64,000 nt of DNA from Candidatus Sumerlaeaceae bacterium (lineage in GTDB: Bacteria; Sumerlaeota; Sumerlaeia; Sumerlaeales; Sumerlaeaceae): positions 192,001-256,000 of the forward strand of contig JBMFRB010000004.1 of assembly GCA_049968255.1 (NCBI GenBank), given 5' to 3'. This document shows, in pieces, positions 38,165 through 49,203 of this stretch. The translations under genes were made by a program, and so were the position numbers. How positions within the stretch are numbered: the stretch's first letter is position 1; every line of letters begins with the position of its first letter. The notes under the pieces were generated by a model, which did no database searches, was not told where the DNA came from, and saw only the letters and a program-made list of their open reading frames with translations.

Positions 38165-39403
38165 CTACCACGGCGGCTGGGTGGTCTCAAACTCATGCAG
38201 CGCCTCCTCAAATACGGCTAGCACACCCTTGACATATTGTTCGACGGAGAAGCGTGCACGGCAATGCTCATAGGCCGCTTGCCCCATGCGCTGCCGCAGC
38301 TGTGGCGCATAGGCCAGCTCCGTGACAGCGGCCACGAAATCTTCCAAATAATACCAGAACACTTTATCGTCGCGAGCCTGCTCATTGCCGATCAAGATCC
38401 CGGTCTCATTTTGAATGATGAGCTCTTGGATACCACCGACGCGGCTTGCAATTGTCGGCACACCTGCAGCGGCAGCTTCGATCACCACCCGACCGAACCC
38501 CTCGTCATTGCTTATCAATACGTGCAAGTCGAGCGCCGCAAAAATGTCGGCAATTCGTTCTTGGAACGACAAAAATTTCACACGGGACGCGACGCCTAAT
38601 TTTTCTGCAAAGCTACGAAGCTCATCGGCATAATGCTGCTGCCCGGGACTCGGATCGCCAACGAAAAGAATATACGCGGAAGGAACCTTCTGAAGAATGA
38701 CGGGCGCCGCCTCGAGCAAAAACATCGGCCGTTTCCGCGGCATCAGCAGCCCAATGCTTCCGATGACAAAGTCATCTCGACCAAAGCCCAGTCGCTGCCG
38801 AGTGCGGTCCCGTCGTTTCCAGGCCTGCTCGAACTCCTCAAAATCAATCCCATTGTAAACCACACGCACTTTTTGCATAAACCACGGTTCGCCACGAAAA
38901 TCCTGCGCGGCCGCATGCGAGACGGCAATGAGACGGCTTGCCTCGCCTAGGAGGTAGTTCTCAGTCATGCGTGGCGTGACGGAGAGCCGATTATGCGTCA
39001 CGATGGGTTGTCTTGGTTTGCCAAATTGGCGCTTTAGCGTGACGTTGCAAAAGAGTTCTTTCCAGAGGGCGGCCTTGGAACTCGCTGCCACCGCATGTGG
39101 ATTTGGATAAATTTCATTGCAATGGATAAGGTCTATGGATTTTTCCACAAGCAGCTGTCGCAAATCTCTAACCCGGCTTGGAATAATCTTCCATGCGTAG
39201 CCTTTGCGCCAAGGAGGAAGCTCGAGCGCAATCCAGGGCAGTTTGCGCCTGTCTAATTCTTCTGTCAGCGGACCTGGGCGCGGAACAAGGACAAGCGGCT
39301 CAAATCGGCTTCCAGCGATTGCCTTCACGAGTGTCAGAAGACTGCGCCGCGCTCCAAGAAGCCGGACGCTTGGGGTGATGTGTAGCACTCGAATGTGTTT
39401 CAT
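38165..39403 (-). CDS. GT4 glycosyltransferase
   Basis: VVYNGID and 'EGFGRVVIEAAAAGVPTIASRVGGIQE'. Confidence 0.92.
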   Translation of the reverse strand: MKHIRVLHITPSVRLLGARRSLLTLVKAIAGSRFEPLVLVPRPGPLTEELDRRKLPWIALELPPWRKGYAWKIIPSRVRDLRQLLVEKSIDLIHCNEIYPNPHAVAASSKAALWKELFCNVTLKRQFGKPRQPIVTHNRLSVTPRMTENYLLGEASRLIAVSHAAAQDFRGEPWFMQKVRVVYNGIDFEEFEQAWKRRDRTRQRLGFGRDDFVIGSIGLLMPRKRPMFLLEAAPVILQKVPSAYILFVGDPSPGQQHYADELRSFAEKLGVASRVKFLSFQERIADIFAALDLHVLISNDEGFGRVVIEAAAAGVPTIASRVGGIQELIIQNETGILIGNEQARDDKVFWYYLEDFVAAVTELAYAPQLRQRMGQAAYEHCRARFSVEQYVKGVLAVFEEALHEFETTQPPW

Positions 39404-39433
39404 TGCTCCGTCTATTCGCCCAACGGGTGGGTC

Positions 39434-40165
39434 TTAGGCAAGCGGGTGTTTAAAAGCTTTGGCATGCTCACGTGGAAAACGCTCCGGCACATCGCCAACA
39501 CGCTCCACCACAAAAAGCACTCGATCTTGGTGATCGCCGCCCAACCGATAGCGCACAGCCTCCCTCAACTCGGCGCCTAATTGTCCGAGCACCTTGGAAG
39601 TGCGCTCCGCTTCGGCGAAAGAAGCTTCCGTCTTAAAAAGAACAAGTCGCCCACCCTTCCTAAGTAGTGCCACACCAATCTCACACAGCGAGGCAAATGC
39701 CCCAACGGCTCGGGCGGTCACGACGTCGAAAGTACCACGATGCTCAGAACGAGCCACCTGTTCAGCGCGCTGCGGGAGGACTTCCACATTCTCAATACAG
39801 CAGTGCGAGACCGCGCGGCGAAGAAATGCCGCTTTCTTGCCAATGGATTCGACGGCATACCATCGGCAGGCGCTCATGGAGACCGCGAGGGGGATAACCG
39901 GAAAGCCGGCTCCCGCTCCTATGTCCGCTGCTTTGTGGCTTCCCGAGAACCAATATAACAATCTCAGCGGAGCCAACGAATCGGCGAAATGTAATTTTGC
40001 GATCGCTTGAGGATCACGAATTGCAGTAAGGTTATGACGCTGATTCTCCTCGATCAGATACGCCATAAACGTGGCTAAAGTTTCAATCCGTGCGTCTTCT
40101 GACACCAGGTCTCGGATCCACGGCTCCGCAAGCAGATAGTTTCGGTATGTGACTGCTGTATCCAT
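39434..40165 (-). CDS. rsmG: 16S rRNA m7G527 methyltransferase
   Basis: NLTAI, HFADS, DIGAGAGFP, KKAAFL, RAE and VTARAV. ATG 40165 is preferred over the 40342 start. Confidence 0.93.
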   Translation of the reverse strand: MDTAVTYRNYLLAEPWIRDLVSEDARIETLATFMAYLIEENQRHNLTAIRDPQAIAKLHFADSLAPLRLLYWFSGSHKAADIGAGAGFPVIPLAVSMSACRWYAVESIGKKAAFLRRAVSHCCIENVEVLPQRAEQVARSEHRGTFDVVTARAVGAFASLCEIGVALLRKGGRLVLFKTEASFAEAERTSKVLGQLGAELREAVRYRLGGDHQDRVLFVVERVGDVPERFPREHAKAFKHPLA

Positions 40166-40334
40166 TGAGTCGCAATGTTGGGCCAGAAGAGACGTATCCA
40201 AATGAACGAACGCAAGTCGGAAAAACGTTCCTATCCTGTTGCCAAAGAATATTGAAATTGAACCCCAGCTGCAGGGCGTAGTTTGATGATCCGCAAAGCA
40301 TGGCGATAGCCCTTTCTGTGTTGGAGAAACGGCG

Positions 40335-43300
40335 GTGAGCACACCTGAATTCGTTCATCTTCACTTGCATAGCGAGTACAGTCTTCTCGACGGCGCTTGC
40401 CGATTTGATTCGCTACCCAAACGTGTTGCGCAGCTGGGAATGAAAGCTGTGGCATGCACGGATCATGGCAATCTGTTCGGCGTGGTGAATTTTTATGATG
40501 CTTGCCTAGCCAATGGGATCAAACCCATCATCGGGGCGGAACTCTATATCACCCCGCGTAGTCGTTTAGAGAAAAGGGTCGAAGGAGAGCGGCGGACATC
40601 TGCCAATCATATCCTTATCCTCGCTGAGAATTCTGAAGGGTACGCAAATCTGTGCAAACTCTCATCTCTTGGCTTCCTCGAAGGGTTTTACGGAAAACCA
40701 CGCATTGATTTTGAGGCCCTCGCCGCCCACGCCAAAGGACTCATTGTCACCACAGCTTGCCTCAAAGGCCTTGTGCCCGAGGCGCTGACCCAGCAAAATC
40801 TCAAGCAGGCTCAAGAGTACCTCGGCACATTTCGCGACATCCTTGGTCCCGATAATTTCTACGTCGAGCTCATGGACCATGGAATTCCCGAGCAGAAAAA
40901 AATTCTGCCGCAGCTTGTCCAATTAGCTAAACGTGAAAAACTCCGCGTGATTGCGACCAATGATTGTCATTATCTGACGCGAGAAGATGCGCGAATGCAC
41001 GATATTCTCCTCTGCGTGCAGACAGGCACAAAGCTGAGCGATCCCAATCGCATGCGCTACGAACCAACCGAATTTTACCTGAAGTCGCCCGAGGAGATGT
41101 ACCAAATCTTTCGCGAGATTCCTGAAGCATGTCGCGAGACCGTTGCGATAGCAGAGCGTTGCAACGTTGAGCTCCAGTTCCAGCAAAAATTGCTACCCAT
41201 ATTCAAAACTCCGGATGGAAGCACACCGGAAGAGTATCTTCGTCGGCTCGCGCTCGAAGGGCTCGAGGCGCGCTATGGCACACCTACAGAGGAGCATTTC
41301 AAGCGTCTCGAGCTTGAGCTCAACACGATATGCCGCATGAACTTAGCCTCGTATTTCCTCGTCGTATGGGATTTCGTTCATTACGCGAAGGTCAACCGCA
41401 TTCCGGTGGGCCCGGGACGCGGTAGCGCCGCGGGCGCTCTCGTCGCTTACTGCCTTGGCATCACCGACATAGATCCGCTTCCGCACAACCTGCTGTTCGA
41501 GCGTTTTCTCAATCCGGAACGTGTTTCGATGCCAGACATAGACATCGATTTCTGCTATGAAAAACGCGGGAAGGTCATCGAATACGTCAAGCGCAAATAC
41601 GGGGAGCGCAACGTTGCACAAATCATTACGTTCGGGACGCTCAAGCCTAAGAACGCAGTGCGTGACGTCGGGCGGGTGCTTGAAGTGCCGCTCGATAAGG
41701 TGGACCGCATTTGCAAGCTCATTCCCGACATGCTGAAGCCCGAAAAGGGAGAAAAGGCAATCGATCGCGCACTGCGCGATAGCCCGGAACTGAAAGCTCT
41801 CTACGATTCGGATCCCGAAGCGCGCCAAATCATTGACTACGCCAGACAGATTGAAGGCATGGCCCGCCACGCCTCCACCCATGCTGCGGGCGTTGTTATC
41901 TGCGACCGCGACCTGACGGACGTGCTTCCACTCTACAGGGTCACGGATAGCAACGACATTGTTACCCAGTTCCCCATGGGAATTGTCGAGCGTCTCGGCC
42001 TCCTAAAAATGGACTTCCTGGGGCTAAAAAACCTTACCATTATCGAGAACGCCCTGAAGAGCATTCACAAAAACTACGGGTTGGAGATTGATTGGCAGAA
42101 AATAGGTCTCGATGACCCTGCGACCTATAAACTTTTGCGTGAAGGCCGCACGCTTGGGGTTTTCCAGCTTGAATCCGAGGGCATGACTAAACTCGTGCGC
42201 GAGCTTGCCCCCACCCGCTTCGAGGACCTCGTGGCGCTCCTGGCCCTTTATCGCCCCGGCCCTCTTGGCACCAACATGCATACGGAATTTGTTGAGTGCA
42301 AGCACGGCCGAAAAGAGGTCGTTTATGACCATCCTTCCCTCGAACCGATCCTGCGCGACACCTACGGCATGATTCTCTATCAAGAGCAAGTGATGCAAAT
42401 TGCGCAGGTGCTAGCAGGCTTTAGCTTGGGTCAAGCCGACCTCATGCGGCGCGCTATGGGTAAAAAGAAAAAGGACGAGATGGCTAAGATCCGCAGCGAT
42501 TTTATCGAAGGAGCTGTCTCACGCGGCGTGGATCGCCAACTTGCCGAGCAAATTTTCGAAAAGATCGAGTACTTCTCTGGTTACGGATTCAACAAATCTC
42601 ACAGCGCCGCTTATGCACTCATTTCTTTTCGGACTGCATATCTAAAGGCGCACTTCCCAGTGGACTACCTCGCCGCGCTGATGACGAACGCCATCGGCGA
42701 CAAAATCGAAGAGATGGAAAAATACTTTTCCGAGGCAAACGAGATCGGCGTTCAAATTCTCCCGCCAGACATTAACGAATCGGATAAATATTTTACCGTT
42801 AGCCACGGAAACATCCGGTTTGGGTTGGCTGCCATCAAAAATGTTGGAGCAGCAGCCGTCGAGGCCATCATCGCCGCGCGAGAAAAAGGTGGCCCATTCC
42901 GCAATTTCGTGGATTTCTGCGAGCGCGTGGATCTCGTTCTCCTCAACGCTCGCATGATGGACTCTCTCATCAAAGTTGGCGCTTTCGATTCGCTCGGTAT
43001 TCGCCGAAGCCAGCTCCTAGAAACTTATCAACATGTTATTGAGCTAGTACAAGAGCGCAAAAAAGAGCGTGAGCTCGGGCAGGGCTCGCTGTTTGACATA
43101 TTCGCCGTCGATAGCTCCGCAGAGGGCAATTCCGCTCTGAGCCTTGAGTCTTGGCAACTCCCCGATATTCCTGAAATCTCTGACCAGCAGAAAATGCAGT
43201 TCGAGAAAGAGCTCCTCGGCTACTACGTGAGCGGCCATCCTATGCAGGCCTACGAAGCGGACGTTGAGGCATTTGCAACGGCAAGTCTTGGCCGAATTAC

Positions 43301-43850
43301 CGAGCGACAGAGAAAAATCGCTTCTTCAGAGGAGCAAGTGGCCGTCGTTGGCCGCGTGGAGAAAGTCACAAGAAAGACTGACCGCCAAGGCCGAAGCATG
43401 GCTTTTGTCGAGCTGACAGACACGTTCTCTTCGCTCGAAGCGATTTTTTTCGCTAGTGTCTATGCCCAGTTTGCCGACCTCCTTGTGCGCGATCAGGTGA
43501 TCTGGCTGAGTGGAAGCCTCGACACGCGCAACGGCCAAGCCAAGCTCCTGGTACGTGACGTAGCCCCGATCGAAATGCTTCGCAAAACCCGCAAGTATGA
43601 CGTGCAAATCCACGCACGATTTGAGAAGAAGTGGCCCGAGCGGGAGTGGCTCAGGGAGTTACTCAAACTCCTTGAGCGGCACAAAGGGCGCAGGCGAGTG
43701 ACGTGTGTGCTCACTCTAGGTACACTCGGCGAACTATCGGCCGAGCTACCCAAAAAATGCGCTGTAGAAGTCAGCGACGATCTTGTGCTGGCACTTCGCA
43801 AGTTCCCCCATGTCACCAAAGTTCGCTATCTTCTGCACGAAAGTGAATAG
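40335..43850 (+). CDS. dnaE: DNA polymerase III subunit alpha
   Basis: HLHLHSEYSLLDG, GPGRGSAAG, PDIDIDF, YGFNKSH and a C-terminal OB fold. Confidence 0.98.
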   Translation: MSTPEFVHLHLHSEYSLLDGACRFDSLPKRVAQLGMKAVACTDHGNLFGVVNFYDACLANGIKPIIGAELYITPRSRLEKRVEGERRTSANHILILAENSEGYANLCKLSSLGFLEGFYGKPRIDFEALAAHAKGLIVTTACLKGLVPEALTQQNLKQAQEYLGTFRDILGPDNFYVELMDHGIPEQKKILPQLVQLAKREKLRVIATNDCHYLTREDARMHDILLCVQTGTKLSDPNRMRYEPTEFYLKSPEEMYQIFREIPEACRETVAIAERCNVELQFQQKLLPIFKTPDGSTPEEYLRRLALEGLEARYGTPTEEHFKRLELELNTICRMNLASYFLVVWDFVHYAKVNRIPVGPGRGSAAGALVAYCLGITDIDPLPHNLLFERFLNPERVSMPDIDIDFCYEKRGKVIEYVKRKYGERNVAQIITFGTLKPKNAVRDVGRVLEVPLDKVDRICKLIPDMLKPEKGEKAIDRALRDSPELKALYDSDPEARQIIDYARQIEGMARHASTHAAGVVICDRDLTDVLPLYRVTDSNDIVTQFPMGIVERLGLLKMDFLGLKNLTIIENALKSIHKNYGLEIDWQKIGLDDPATYKLLREGRTLGVFQLESEGMTKLVRELAPTRFEDLVALLALYRPGPLGTNMHTEFVECKHGRKEVVYDHPSLEPILRDTYGMILYQEQVMQIAQVLAGFSLGQADLMRRAMGKKKKDEMAKIRSDFIEGAVSRGVDRQLAEQIFEKIEYFSGYGFNKSHSAAYALISFRTAYLKAHFPVDYLAALMTNAIGDKIEEMEKYFSEANEIGVQILPPDINESDKYFTVSHGNIRFGLAAIKNVGAAAVEAIIAAREKGGPFRNFVDFCERVDLVLLNARMMDSLIKVGAFDSLGIRRSQLLETYQHVIELVQERKKERELGQGSLFDIFAVDSSAEGNSALSLESWQLPDIPEISDQQKMQFEKELLGYYVSGHPMQAYEADVEAFATASLGRITERQRKIASSEEQVAVVGRVEKVTRKTDRQGRSMAFVELTDTFSSLEAIFFASVYAQFADLLVRDQVIWLSGSLDTRNGQAKLLVRDVAPIEMLRKTRKYDVQIHARFEKKWPEREWLRELLKLLERHKGRRRVTCVLTLGTLGELSAELPKKCAVEVSDDLVLALRKFPHVTKVRYLLHESE

Positions 43851-43858
43851 TCCTTTCC

Positions 43859-45985
43859 ATGAACAAGCCTGAAAGAACAGTGACGCCGTGGCACGATCTC
43901 GACGAAGAAATGTTATTGCGGCGAGGGGCATTCGTCGTCGCTCTGCTGGCGCTCGTTGTGAGATTAGCTTATTATGTCGAGCTCGCCTCGAAACCATATT
44001 TCGGCGTGCCCATCCTCGATAGTCGCTGGTGGTTAGACGAAGCGCAGCGTGTCGTCACATCCGGGTTTGCAGCAGGCAGAGCCTTTTTCCGCCCCCCTCT
44101 CTATACGTTATTTCTTGCCGGGGGAACAGCGCTTCTTGGCCGCGATACGACACTGATCGTCCCCCTTCTTCAATTACTCCTCGGAGTTGGCTTTTGCGTG
44201 GTCCTAGTTTTCCTCGGCACCAGAGTTTGCAATCCGCCCGCCGGCCTTGCAGCAGGGTGTTTAGCCGCACTCTACGCGCCACTTGTTTTCTATGAGGCAG
44301 AGCTCCTCAGTGATTCGCTCGCACTGTTCTGGTTGACGGTTTTTCTTTTTTTCTTTGTCGCTGGGCTCCAGCGTAGCAGGGCATCTCTGTTTTTTTTGGC
44401 CGGAGCATCCGTAGGGCTTGCTGCCCTCACTCGCGCTAATGCATTTCCCATCGGCTTGACATTTCTTGTCGGACTTCTCCTTGGGGGAAGTTGCCAAAGC
44501 CGTCGCGACCTGCGAATGCTAGGGGCCGGAGCGTTTGCAGCACCATTTCTCATTCTGGTCGCGCTCCCAACTTTGCACAATATCCGGATGGGCGATCCTG
44601 TGGTGATATGTGGCCAAGGCGGCATCAATTTTTACCTAGGCAACAATCCCCAAGCCAACGGCGCTAATGTAATTTTTCCCCGGCTTACTGAACAAGGTGC
44701 CCGCTATCGCGACGCGGTCGAGGAGTATGCCGTGCTCGGTTACTACGCGGCACAACACGGTTACGACCAAGCCATGCTTCGTTACGCCGCCGGCGACCGT
44801 CCCCGCTGGAGCGACCTTGACCGTTATTGGTATCACCAAGGACTGGCCTTTTGGGTTCATCAACCAGAAGCGGCCTTCCGGCTCTACGTAAAGAAGCTCG
44901 TCGCCCTTCTGAATAACCGTGAAGTTCGGAACAATCGGGACTTTCATTTCGCTCGCGAACACGAGTCTCTTGTTTTGCGCTTGCTTCCGTTTGGATATGG
45001 TATCGCATTGGCGCTAGGCGTTTGTGGACTTCTCGCACCCAGGGGCATGCACAAGCCAGGTTTCGGCTGGCTCATGCTTTATCTTGCTGCATCGTCTTCG
45101 ACTGTGCTGCTTTACTTCGTTGCGGGCCGTCTTCGCCTCATTGTGTTACCCGCGCTTTTCATTTTTGCAGGTATAGGCGTCGAACGATTGTTTACTGCGC
45201 TCGCGGAACGCCGTTGGCGCGAGGTGACACGATCGCTTGCGATCATCCTCTGTGTCGGTGCAGCTTCGCTTTATCCTTGGCCGCAATTTGATTTTCGGTT
45301 CTCCGACGACCAGCTTTTCGGTAGTGGAATTGCCGCCACAGCGTTTCCGGCGGGAGAGTGGGCCATGCTCGCAAACGCATCCCTGGAAAATGGCCATCCA
45401 GAGGCAGCAATCCGTTATGCAAGTCAGGCCGTGACAGCTGAGCCCGGCTTTGCATTCGGATGGCTGGTGTTGGGCAATGCTGCCTTGGCGTTAGGTGATA
45501 ACCCGATGGCGCTCGACGCATACAAACGGGCACTCAAGCTCGAACCAACGAGTCTGCGTACGCGCAACAATTTTGCTGTGGCACTGGAAAATATGGGAAA
45601 ATATCAGCGTGCCGCAGAAGTCTATCTCGATGTTTTGCGCCAAGACCCCGCTGAACCACGTGCGAACGCAAACTTGTCAGCGTTGCTTTACAGATGCGGC
45701 GACAAGAGTGCTGCGCGCATGTTTGCCCAGATAGCGCTCGACAGTGAGCCAACACTGGCACCCGCGCGCGCTGTTGCAGCTCTGACAGACCCAGTGTCCA
45801 CAACGTCGCCTGCGAGCGTTATCAAGAACCTACCACAGGGATTGCTCGCCGAGCTGACGACACCATTACCGGAGCGGATTGATTTGACCTCTACGCGCCC
45901 GGTCGAGTCAATATTGGCTGAGCTCGAGGGAATGACCTCCGGCGCGCTTACGAGCAAAAAATACAACCACACTATGCAGCGTTGA
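43859..45985 (+). CDS. GT-C (ArnT/PMT-like) membrane glycosyltransferase with C-terminal TPRs
   Basis: 'FFRPPLY', 'GGINFYLGNNPQANG', many TM segments, and TPR motifs (LGNAALALGD..ALDAYKRALKLEP). Confidence 0.8.
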   Translation: MNKPERTVTPWHDLDEEMLLRRGAFVVALLALVVRLAYYVELASKPYFGVPILDSRWWLDEAQRVVTSGFAAGRAFFRPPLYTLFLAGGTALLGRDTTLIVPLLQLLLGVGFCVVLVFLGTRVCNPPAGLAAGCLAALYAPLVFYEAELLSDSLALFWLTVFLFFFVAGLQRSRASLFFLAGASVGLAALTRANAFPIGLTFLVGLLLGGSCQSRRDLRMLGAGAFAAPFLILVALPTLHNIRMGDPVVICGQGGINFYLGNNPQANGANVIFPRLTEQGARYRDAVEEYAVLGYYAAQHGYDQAMLRYAAGDRPRWSDLDRYWYHQGLAFWVHQPEAAFRLYVKKLVALLNNREVRNNRDFHFAREHESLVLRLLPFGYGIALALGVCGLLAPRGMHKPGFGWLMLYLAASSSTVLLYFVAGRLRLIVLPALFIFAGIGVERLFTALAERRWREVTRSLAIILCVGAASLYPWPQFDFRFSDDQLFGSGIAATAFPAGEWAMLANASLENGHPEAAIRYASQAVTAEPGFAFGWLVLGNAALALGDNPMALDAYKRALKLEPTSLRTRNNFAVALENMGKYQRAAEVYLDVLRQDPAEPRANANLSALLYRCGDKSAARMFAQIALDSEPTLAPARAVAALTDPVSTTSPASVIKNLPQGLLAELTTPLPERIDLTSTRPVESILAELEGMTSGALTSKKYNHTMQR

Positions 45986-46056
45986 GAGCTGAATAACTCA
46001 ACGCCAGTCGCGTATATTCGGTGCGGTTTCTTCACGCGCTCGCTGAGGTCAAACTC

Positions 46057-46132
<76 letters not shown>

Positions 46133-46358
46133 CCTCTCTCACCCCGCGGGGAAACCGTATTTCTTTTCGGTCGGCACTTCTCGGGGCGCCCGTGGCTGAG
46201 CTACTTTTCGGAATCCGAGACGAGGCCTGTTTTCTCTCCAAACATTCTGTTGTCCTTCGACCAAACAACGACTTATTAGAAAAAACTGTGTCCTTTCCGG
46301 TGGGGAAAGGACGCAAAATGTTACTCTGGCCTAGATGTTGGCCACCACCCGCTGTGCG

Positions 46359-49139
46359 TTAGTAGCGTCGCCAACCCTCAACACTTGCACCTGGTCCAAT
46401 CGTCACGTCTGCGGAATTTAGAGGTGTCTTGCTCGACACGTTCTGCAAATCAGTGGCGTTGTTGTCCGTGTCGGTGTAAGGGCCAACGTTCCCCCCTGGG
46501 CGTTTTCGAGCGAACGTTACGGTTGAGCTCCCTGCACTTCCTCCGAAAGCGGTTCCTTCATGGAGATTGTTTGGGTTTGTGGCGCCACCCAGGAACGAGA
46601 ATCCATCAATTCTCGATCCACTACCATTAAACACCCCTATCGAGCGGCCCGTGCTGTCACCCATGCCCCCGAACAGCCCGTTCGTATTCGTATCTTGAAG
46701 GTCCGGCGTCTTTCCTTCGCAAGTTCCTCCATAAGCCTGTGAAGAAATGAGGAAATGTCCGTAGCCAGGCACCGTCCCGTTCAAATTGAGCACTTTGTCA
46801 GTGGTGTCTCCACCGGCACGACTGCGGAGCTGCCAGCCACTCAGCGAGACCGGAGCACTGGATTGATTAGCCAAAACGATGAATTCCTTACCTGCGGTTC
46901 CATCGCTGCCGCGGGTTGAAACCATTACAATTTTTATCGTGCCCGAGTTCGGGTTCTGAACTGCGACTGGGGTCGTTCCCTGGGAAGCAAACGTAGGGTC
47001 TACGTCCGCACCGCCGCTAGGTGCATGAACAATGCCGTTTGCGGTCAGGGTAATTTGGAAGTTTGTGGCGTCCGGAGCGCTTGCCGCAAGATCGGCAGCA
47101 ACAACAAAGCGACTTGTGGTCGGTGTAATTCGCCAACTGCCCGCGCCAAAGTAAAAGCCGCCACCACTGATGGTCGTTGAGTCAATGAGCGTGTCGCCCG
47201 GCGTGACCGACTGGCTATTGTCAGCGTCATAATAGAGCTTCACTGCGGAAATCCCGCTGTCAGGACACGTGCCAGATTTTGTGAAGCTCATCGTGTTCAC
47301 GTCCCATTCGTTGGAGTTCGCTGTGAGGGCGACACTGAGCAATGCAACATTTGTGGCGCCGGCTAAAACCGTCGAAGGAGCCACGTTGCCGACTGCAACA
47401 GAAAGTGTATCTCCGTCGGACACCCCGCCTGTCACGGTGGCGCTGTTGCTGGCGAACGTCGAAAACGTCGGATTGATGTCACTCCCACCGGTGGAAGAGC
47501 TGACAAGGCCATTTGAGTTCACAGCGAGGGCAATAGTCCGGCCATTGACAAGTGTGCCACTGAAGGTGGCCACGAGAAGCAAATCAACCTGAGTGTTTGT
47601 AATCCGCAACGGCGATGACAGGGAAAGTGTGGCGCTGCTGCCAGAAAATGTCGCCGACGCCAGAAGCACATCGCCATTGTCCACGATCGCGTTCGCATTG
47701 GCATCGTGGTATAGCTCGGTTGAGATCACGCTGCTGTCGGCCAGCGTCCCACTCTTGCTCACGGAGACGCTTCCGAGATCCCACTCGTTAGAAGCGGCAG
47801 CACACCGTATTCGGATGAACGGGACATCGGTCAGGCCCGGCGTGATAGTCGTCGGCGCAAGATCCGCGAAGGTCACATTCAACGGGTCACCATTTGACAC
47901 CCCTCCCGTCACAGTTGCCGCGTTGCTAGCAAAGGCACTGAAGCTAGGATCGAGATCGTTTCCTCCCGACGTGGCGTGAATGATCGAATTCGCGTCGATC
48001 TGCAGCCGCAATGCCTGGCCACTTGGCGCAGAACTTGACACTGTGGCAACAACGAGAAACGCTGCCGGTGTTGTAGTAACCCGCGACGGCAAGCTGCATG
48101 TCAAAGTTGCTGTTGCGCCGCTGAAAGTCTGTGTCGCTACGAGCGTGTCCGCACTTGTGACAGTTCCACTTTGATCAACGTCACGGTAAAGGCGGACTTG
48201 CGTGATATTTGACGAGGCCAGAGTGCCAATGTTGCGCACTGTCACTGCAGACAAGTCCCATTCATGGGCCGATGCCGTCAGCGTAAACGAAATCACCGGA
48301 TAATTTACGGCTCCAGCACTCACCGTTGCCATGGCCCTGTTTGTAAAACTCACACTGACAGAGTCACCGTTGCTTACCGGAGACCAAATGAGATTGGCAA
48401 ACTCTGGCCGGTCGATGAAGGGGTTTCGATTGTGCTGATAGGTTTGGTAGATTTTATCGTTGCGGGTGCGCTCGGCATCGTCCGGCGGATCCTGAGCGTG
48501 CCACTGGAGCAAGGTCGAAAGGACTCCCATTTGACCATAGTTTGGGGAAACAGTGTCGAGCAATAGGAGATCAGACTCGCCCCCCGTTCCGTCGTACCGC
48601 ACGTCCATGTAGAAAAGCGCGCGGGCCACGTCGCCCTTCTGCGCATCGCGCGGTTCGAACTTGGTAGAAGTCCAGTAATTCCCGTAGCCGGAGCCCGTGT
48701 AGGACGGGTAAACATTGTCGAACACACTGTTGCCCCGGCTGCTATTGAGCGACGCGTCTTCGGCAAACAGGTGATGAAGATCGCTCTTTTTGGGCGAAAC
48801 GTCGGCACCAAGCGATTGCGGCCACAAATGCTCACGGTTCCATGTAGAGCCAAATGATGATTTCGGTACCGACGTTCCCTTGTAATGCAACAGAACATTG
48901 TTCGAGTTGTTCGGATCCTCGTCGAGATCCTTGAGAGCCCCTTCGGTCGCTGTGTAAGAAATCACCGTGTGGTTCTTGATAATGTTATGGAGGGCATTCT
49001 TGAGTGCTGTGCCCGACAATCCTTCCGCACTGTCATAATATCCCGGAGGTGGGCCTGCAATAGCGGCTAAGGCGAAAAAAACTGCGACTGAACATGCACC
49101 TCTGCGGGAATACGAGTGAAGTGATATTCGCGAGCTCAT
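46359..49139 (-). CDS. secreted endonuclease I (Bsn/EndA-like) + 3 x 159-aa repeats + lamin-tail-like domain + W-x-x-Y tail
   Basis: WNREHLWPQS, DLHHLF, NSSRGN, KGDVARALFYMDVRY and NRNPFID. LTD-like 'EFIVLAN...VSLSGWQL'. Ends ASVEGWRRY. ATG 49139 is preferred. Confidence 0.9.
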   Translation of the reverse strand: MSSRISLHSYSRRGACSVAVFFALAAIAGPPPGYYDSAEGLSGTALKNALHNIIKNHTVISYTATEGALKDLDEDPNNSNNVLLHYKGTSVPKSSFGSTWNREHLWPQSLGADVSPKKSDLHHLFAEDASLNSSRGNSVFDNVYPSYTGSGYGNYWTSTKFEPRDAQKGDVARALFYMDVRYDGTGGESDLLLLDTVSPNYGQMGVLSTLLQWHAQDPPDDAERTRNDKIYQTYQHNRNPFIDRPEFANLIWSPVSNGDSVSVSFTNRAMATVSAGAVNYPVISFTLTASAHEWDLSAVTVRNIGTLASSNITQVRLYRDVDQSGTVTSADTLVATQTFSGATATLTCSLPSRVTTTPAAFLVVATVSSSAPSGQALRLQIDANSIIHATSGGNDLDPSFSAFASNAATVTGGVSNGDPLNVTFADLAPTTITPGLTDVPFIRIRCAAASNEWDLGSVSVSKSGTLADSSVISTELYHDANANAIVDNGDVLLASATFSGSSATLSLSSPLRITNTQVDLLLVATFSGTLVNGRTIALAVNSNGLVSSSTGGSDINPTFSTFASNSATVTGGVSDGDTLSVAVGNVAPSTVLAGATNVALLSVALTANSNEWDVNTMSFTKSGTCPDSGISAVKLYYDADNSQSVTPGDTLIDSTTISGGGFYFGAGSWRITPTTSRFVVAADLAASAPDATNFQITLTANGIVHAPSGGADVDPTFASQGTTPVAVQNPNSGTIKIVMVSTRGSDGTAGKEFIVLANQSSAPVSLSGWQLRSRAGGDTTDKVLNLNGTVPGYGHFLISSQAYGGTCEGKTPDLQDTNTNGLFGGMGDSTGRSIGVFNGSGSRIDGFSFLGGATNPNNLHEGTAFGGSAGSSTVTFARKRPGGNVGPYTDTDNNATDLQNVSSKTPLNSADVTIGPGASVEGWRRY
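46940..48368 (-). repeat. three tandem 477-bp (159-aa) coding repeats
   Basis: Repeat starts (GD motif) at 48368, 47891 and 47414. Shared EWD, LYxD and GGxDxxPxF motifs. Confidence 0.9.
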
Positions 49140-49203
49140 GGGATTCCCTTTCCTGAACTTGAAAAAGATACCTACACCACGCAGAGACAAAACGGTTTGC
49201 AAC

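Noticed and set aside
40166-40342. N-terminal extension of RsmG
   Set aside because: Covers the divergent promoter region and overlaps the dnaE start. Family similarity begins only after ATG 40165.
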